Part shown: positions 62,040 through 64,000 of the stretch, in pieces
Layout of the letters: each line of letters opens with the position of its first letter
How positions within the stretch are numbered: position 1 is the stretch's first letter
Assembly: GCA_963744145.1 (NCBI GenBank)
Contig: CAVUSO010000001.1
Coordinates: forward strand, 6,848,001 to 6,912,000
Direction: 5' to 3'
From: an uncultured cyanobacterium
GTDB taxonomy: Bacteria; Cyanobacteriota; Cyanobacteriia; Cyanobacteriales; CAWUOF01
Length of the DNA stretch: 64,000 nt
Notes under the pieces: model-generated
The model's database searches: none
Told to the model about the DNA's origin: nothing
The model's input: the letters and a program-made list of their open reading frames with translations, nothing else
Translations under genes and position numbers: made by a program

Positions 62040-62885
62040 TTAAACTAGACACTTTTCCTTGATCTGGATTTGTCGTCCCACTGCGATCGCGATCGGTTGT
62101 AAAGTGCGTACTAAATCTACCATTTCTGATAATGACAGTGCTTGTCTAGCATCAGAAACAGACTTTTCTGGTTCAGGGTGACACTCAATCATAATTCCAT
62201 CAGCTCCAGCTGCGATCGCTGCTTTAGCTAAACCTCCCACAAGTTCACTTTTTCCAGCAGCATGGGAAGGATCGACAATAATGGGTAAATGTGTCAACTG
62301 TTTTAATGCTACTACTGCCCCTAAATCTAGGACATTACGGGTATAATTATCGAAACTACGAATACCCCTTTCACATAAAATTACATCTGGATTTCCATGA
62401 CTAAGAATATATTCTGCGGCAAAAATGAATTCTTCGATCGTCGCAGCTAATCCTCGTTTTAACATCACAGGTTTTCCTGCTTGTCCTACGGCTTTTAGTA
62501 AGTCAAAGTTTTGCATATTGCGGCTACCTATTTGTAAGATATCTGCATGAGCAACCACTGGTTCAATTTGGCTAATTGACATTACTTCCGTGATCACTGG
62601 AATATTGTAAGTATGACGAATCTGATTTAAAATTTCTAATCCTGCTACACCTAATCCTTGGAAAGAATAAGGAGATGTGCGCGGTTTGTATACACCACCT
62701 CGGATAATTTGCACTGAAGTATGAGCTAAATGACTAGCTACCTGCTCCATCTGGGTTAAATTTTCCACAGCACAAGGTCCACCAATAATCACAATATCTT
62801 GATCACCAATACTGACTTGAGAGGATATTTTGATAATGCTCTGGTGTTCTGGGTGAATTTTGCTGACAAGTTTAGCGTTTAACAT
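62040..62885 (-). CDS. aroF: DAHP synthase (type I-beta), catalytic barrel only
   Basis: GPCAVE, KPRTSPYSFQG, QIGSRNMQN, LKRG, CERG, DPSH and SDARQ; 281 aa with no N-terminal regulatory domain. Confidence 0.93.
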   Translation of the reverse strand: MLNAKLVSKIHPEHQSIIKISSQVSIGDQDIVIIGGPCAVENLTQMEQVASHLAHTSVQIIRGGVYKPRTSPYSFQGLGVAGLEILNQIRHTYNIPVITEVMSISQIEPVVAHADILQIGSRNMQNFDLLKAVGQAGKPVMLKRGLAATIEEFIFAAEYILSHGNPDVILCERGIRSFDNYTRNVLDLGAVVALKQLTHLPIIVDPSHAAGKSELVGGLAKAAIAAGADGIMIECHPEPEKSVSDARQALSLSEMVDLVRTLQPIAIAVGRQIQIKEKCLV

Positions 62886-62912
62886 TTGGTACTCCGATGG
62901 AAAGTAATATGG

Positions 62913-62949
62913 TTAATAAAAAAGCCCAGAACTTTAAAAGTTCCGGGCT
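62913..62949 (-). terminator. Attenuator terminator 2 (proximal to aroF)
   Basis: Minus strand AGCCCGGAACTT-TTA-AAGTTCTGGGCT-TTTTTATT; its G.U pair only works on the minus strand. Confidence 0.85.
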
Positions 62950-62975
62950 GAGGTGACAAGCGACATAGCAATTAC

Positions 62976-63041
62976 CTACCCAGAACTGTTTCTGAGCCAA
63001 TAGTAAAAGCTAAAAAACCAATGATTGAGATTTGTGGTCAT
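62976..63041 (-). CDS. Aromatic amino acid leader peptide 2, MTTNLNHWFFSFYYWLRNSSG
   Basis: 7 of 8 consecutive codons are aromatic; contains AGTTCTGGG, identical to the terminator 3' arm. Confidence 0.8.
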   Translation of the reverse strand: MTTNLNHWFFSFYYWLRNSSG

Positions 63042-63071
63042 GTTCGCTCGTAGTTTTGAGGACTGTAGACT

Positions 63072-63106
63072 AAAAAACGAAAAACCGCAGAGTTGCTTCT
63101 GCGGTT
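63072..63106 (-). terminator. Attenuator terminator 1 (distal)
   Basis: Minus strand AACCGCAGA-AGCAAC-TCTGCGGTT-TTTCGTTTTTT. Confidence 0.85.
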
Positions 63107-63134
63107 CACTTGGGTATCCAATCCAAATCTGGAT

Positions 63135-63191
63135 TCACTCCCTGTGAACCGATCTATGCCAAAAGTAAAAGTAATAATTGCTGGTGGGCAT
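63135..63191 (-). CDS. Aromatic amino acid leader peptide 1, MPTSNYYFYFWHRSVHRE
   Basis: 6 consecutive aromatic codons; contains CGGTTCAC, complementary to GTGAACCG, which overlaps the terminator 5' arm. Confidence 0.8.
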   Translation of the reverse strand: MPTSNYYFYFWHRSVHRE

Positions 63192-63237
63192 GAGCTTGTT
63201 TTTGCGGTTGAACGCTTAGTTTATCGTTAGGCTTATA

Positions 63238-63266
63238 TATATATCAAGTAATCAGGGATTTGTCAA
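63238..63266 (-). promoter_or_regulatory. Putative sigma70 promoter for the leader-aroF transcript
   Basis: TTGACA-N17-TATATA with an extended -10 TG, about 46 nt upstream of the leader 1 ATG. Confidence 0.65.
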
Positions 63267-63298
63267 CTATCTAGGGAAAATTAGTCCTAAAATACCAT

Positions 63299-63424
63299 TA
63301 GACAAGAAAGCAAAAATAAATAGGACAGGCAAGATGCCTGTCCCACAAAAGTGATTTTTTCTGGTGGGACAGGCATCTTGCCTGTCAATAAATAGATCAA
63401 TAAGGACTTTTGCTTTCTTGTCTA
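63299..63424. mobile_element. MITE/REPIN-like element
   Basis: Perfect 17-bp TIR TAGACAAGAAAGCAAAA / TTTTGCTTTCTTGTCTA around an inverted pair of GACAGGCAAGATGCCTGTCCCAC units. Confidence 0.85.
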
Positions 63425-63906
63425 TTGATGTTTGCGCGATCGCATTTTCCTGGGTTAGTCAAGTCCTGGGGATGCGATCGGCATTTCATCCAATTGGCCA
63501 AATCTGAGTAGTGGTGGCGATAGTGGCACCAAGGTTTAATCTTGAGTTTTAGTTGAGCGATCGCCATTTCACAAGGGGAAATTTAGCTGTGATCGCCAAT
63601 CACACGCCACCACCAAAACAGACCGGGAAAAACTCTAATTTTCCAGAGAAACTGCAAAATATTCAAAATCTCACCAAATATCAATCGACCTAAACGCTAT
63701 ACTGGACTTAAATAAAGGTAATTTAGCTCCTTGGATGTCCTTAAAAGAAGAAGACAAAAATGGGCGATTGTACCTGTGAATGCTTCGGTCAAATTCAAGT
63801 TTGTAATGAGTTTCATTTTGTATTTCGGGAGGATGCTGTATTGCAAGATCCCTACTTATTCAAGAACTTAAGCACAAAGTTACGAAGCGAGCAGAGTAAT
63901 AACATC

Positions 63907-64000
63907 ATGACTTCAATTCAATCTCCTCCCCAACTCTCCTTAGCAGATTTCCTAAAACTACCAGAAACTAAACCAGCAAGTGAATATATCAACGGTCAAA
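63907..64000 (+). CDS. Uma2 family protein, N-terminus (runs off the window end)
   Basis: MTSIQSPPQLSLADFLKLPETKPASEYINGQ, a paralog of 52546-53109. Confidence 0.8.
   Translation, partial: MTSIQSPPQLSLADFLKLPETKPASEYINGQ

Larger units (their letters stand above)
1133..63564. repeat. HIP1 octamer GCGATCGC, dispersed
   Basis: Roughly 50-60 copies by eye across the window; a cyanobacterial hallmark. Confidence 0.9.

Noticed and set aside
63430..63900. Possible small ORFs or gene remnants between the MITE and the final Uma2
   Set aside because: No convincing homology or start signals could be recognised.

Overview
Cyanobacterial chromosomal window. Evidence: psaF-psaJ-psaL, Tic22, ycf33, ferredoxin-sulfite reductase, and dozens of HIP1 GCGATCGC octamers. 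Main parts: (1) 1-11.4 kb, a HIP1-poor secondary-metabolite locus with a divergent condensation/PapA5-like acyltransferase, a frameshifted CYP110-like P450 and a single-module KS-AT-DH-cMT-ER-KR-ACP-TE PKS, followed by an FGE-sulfatase gene whose 3' end looks like a DGR variable region. (2) Housekeeping genes rqcH, remA, pit, rsmE and sir. (3) 24-33 kb, a decaying defence island: frameshifted DUF499 ATPase, intact mosaic DUF1156 methylase, nearly deleted SNF2 helicase, TA modules and Uma2, bracketed by a diverged direct repeat of the ycf33 5' region. (4) Core genes rbfA, a GH3 pseudogene, a DUF4912 protein with 34 His-containing heptads, rplU-rpmA, hemB, tsaC, prmC, tRNA-Pro, tsaD, psaFJL and gmk. 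(5) Accessory genes and REP/MITE elements. The most striking unannotated signal is upstream of a short, regulatory-domain-less DAHP synthase gene (aroF). It has two tandem ribosome-dependent transcription attenuators, each with an aromatic-rich leader peptide (YYFYFW; WFFSFYYW), an intrinsic terminator and a competing antiterminator pairing.
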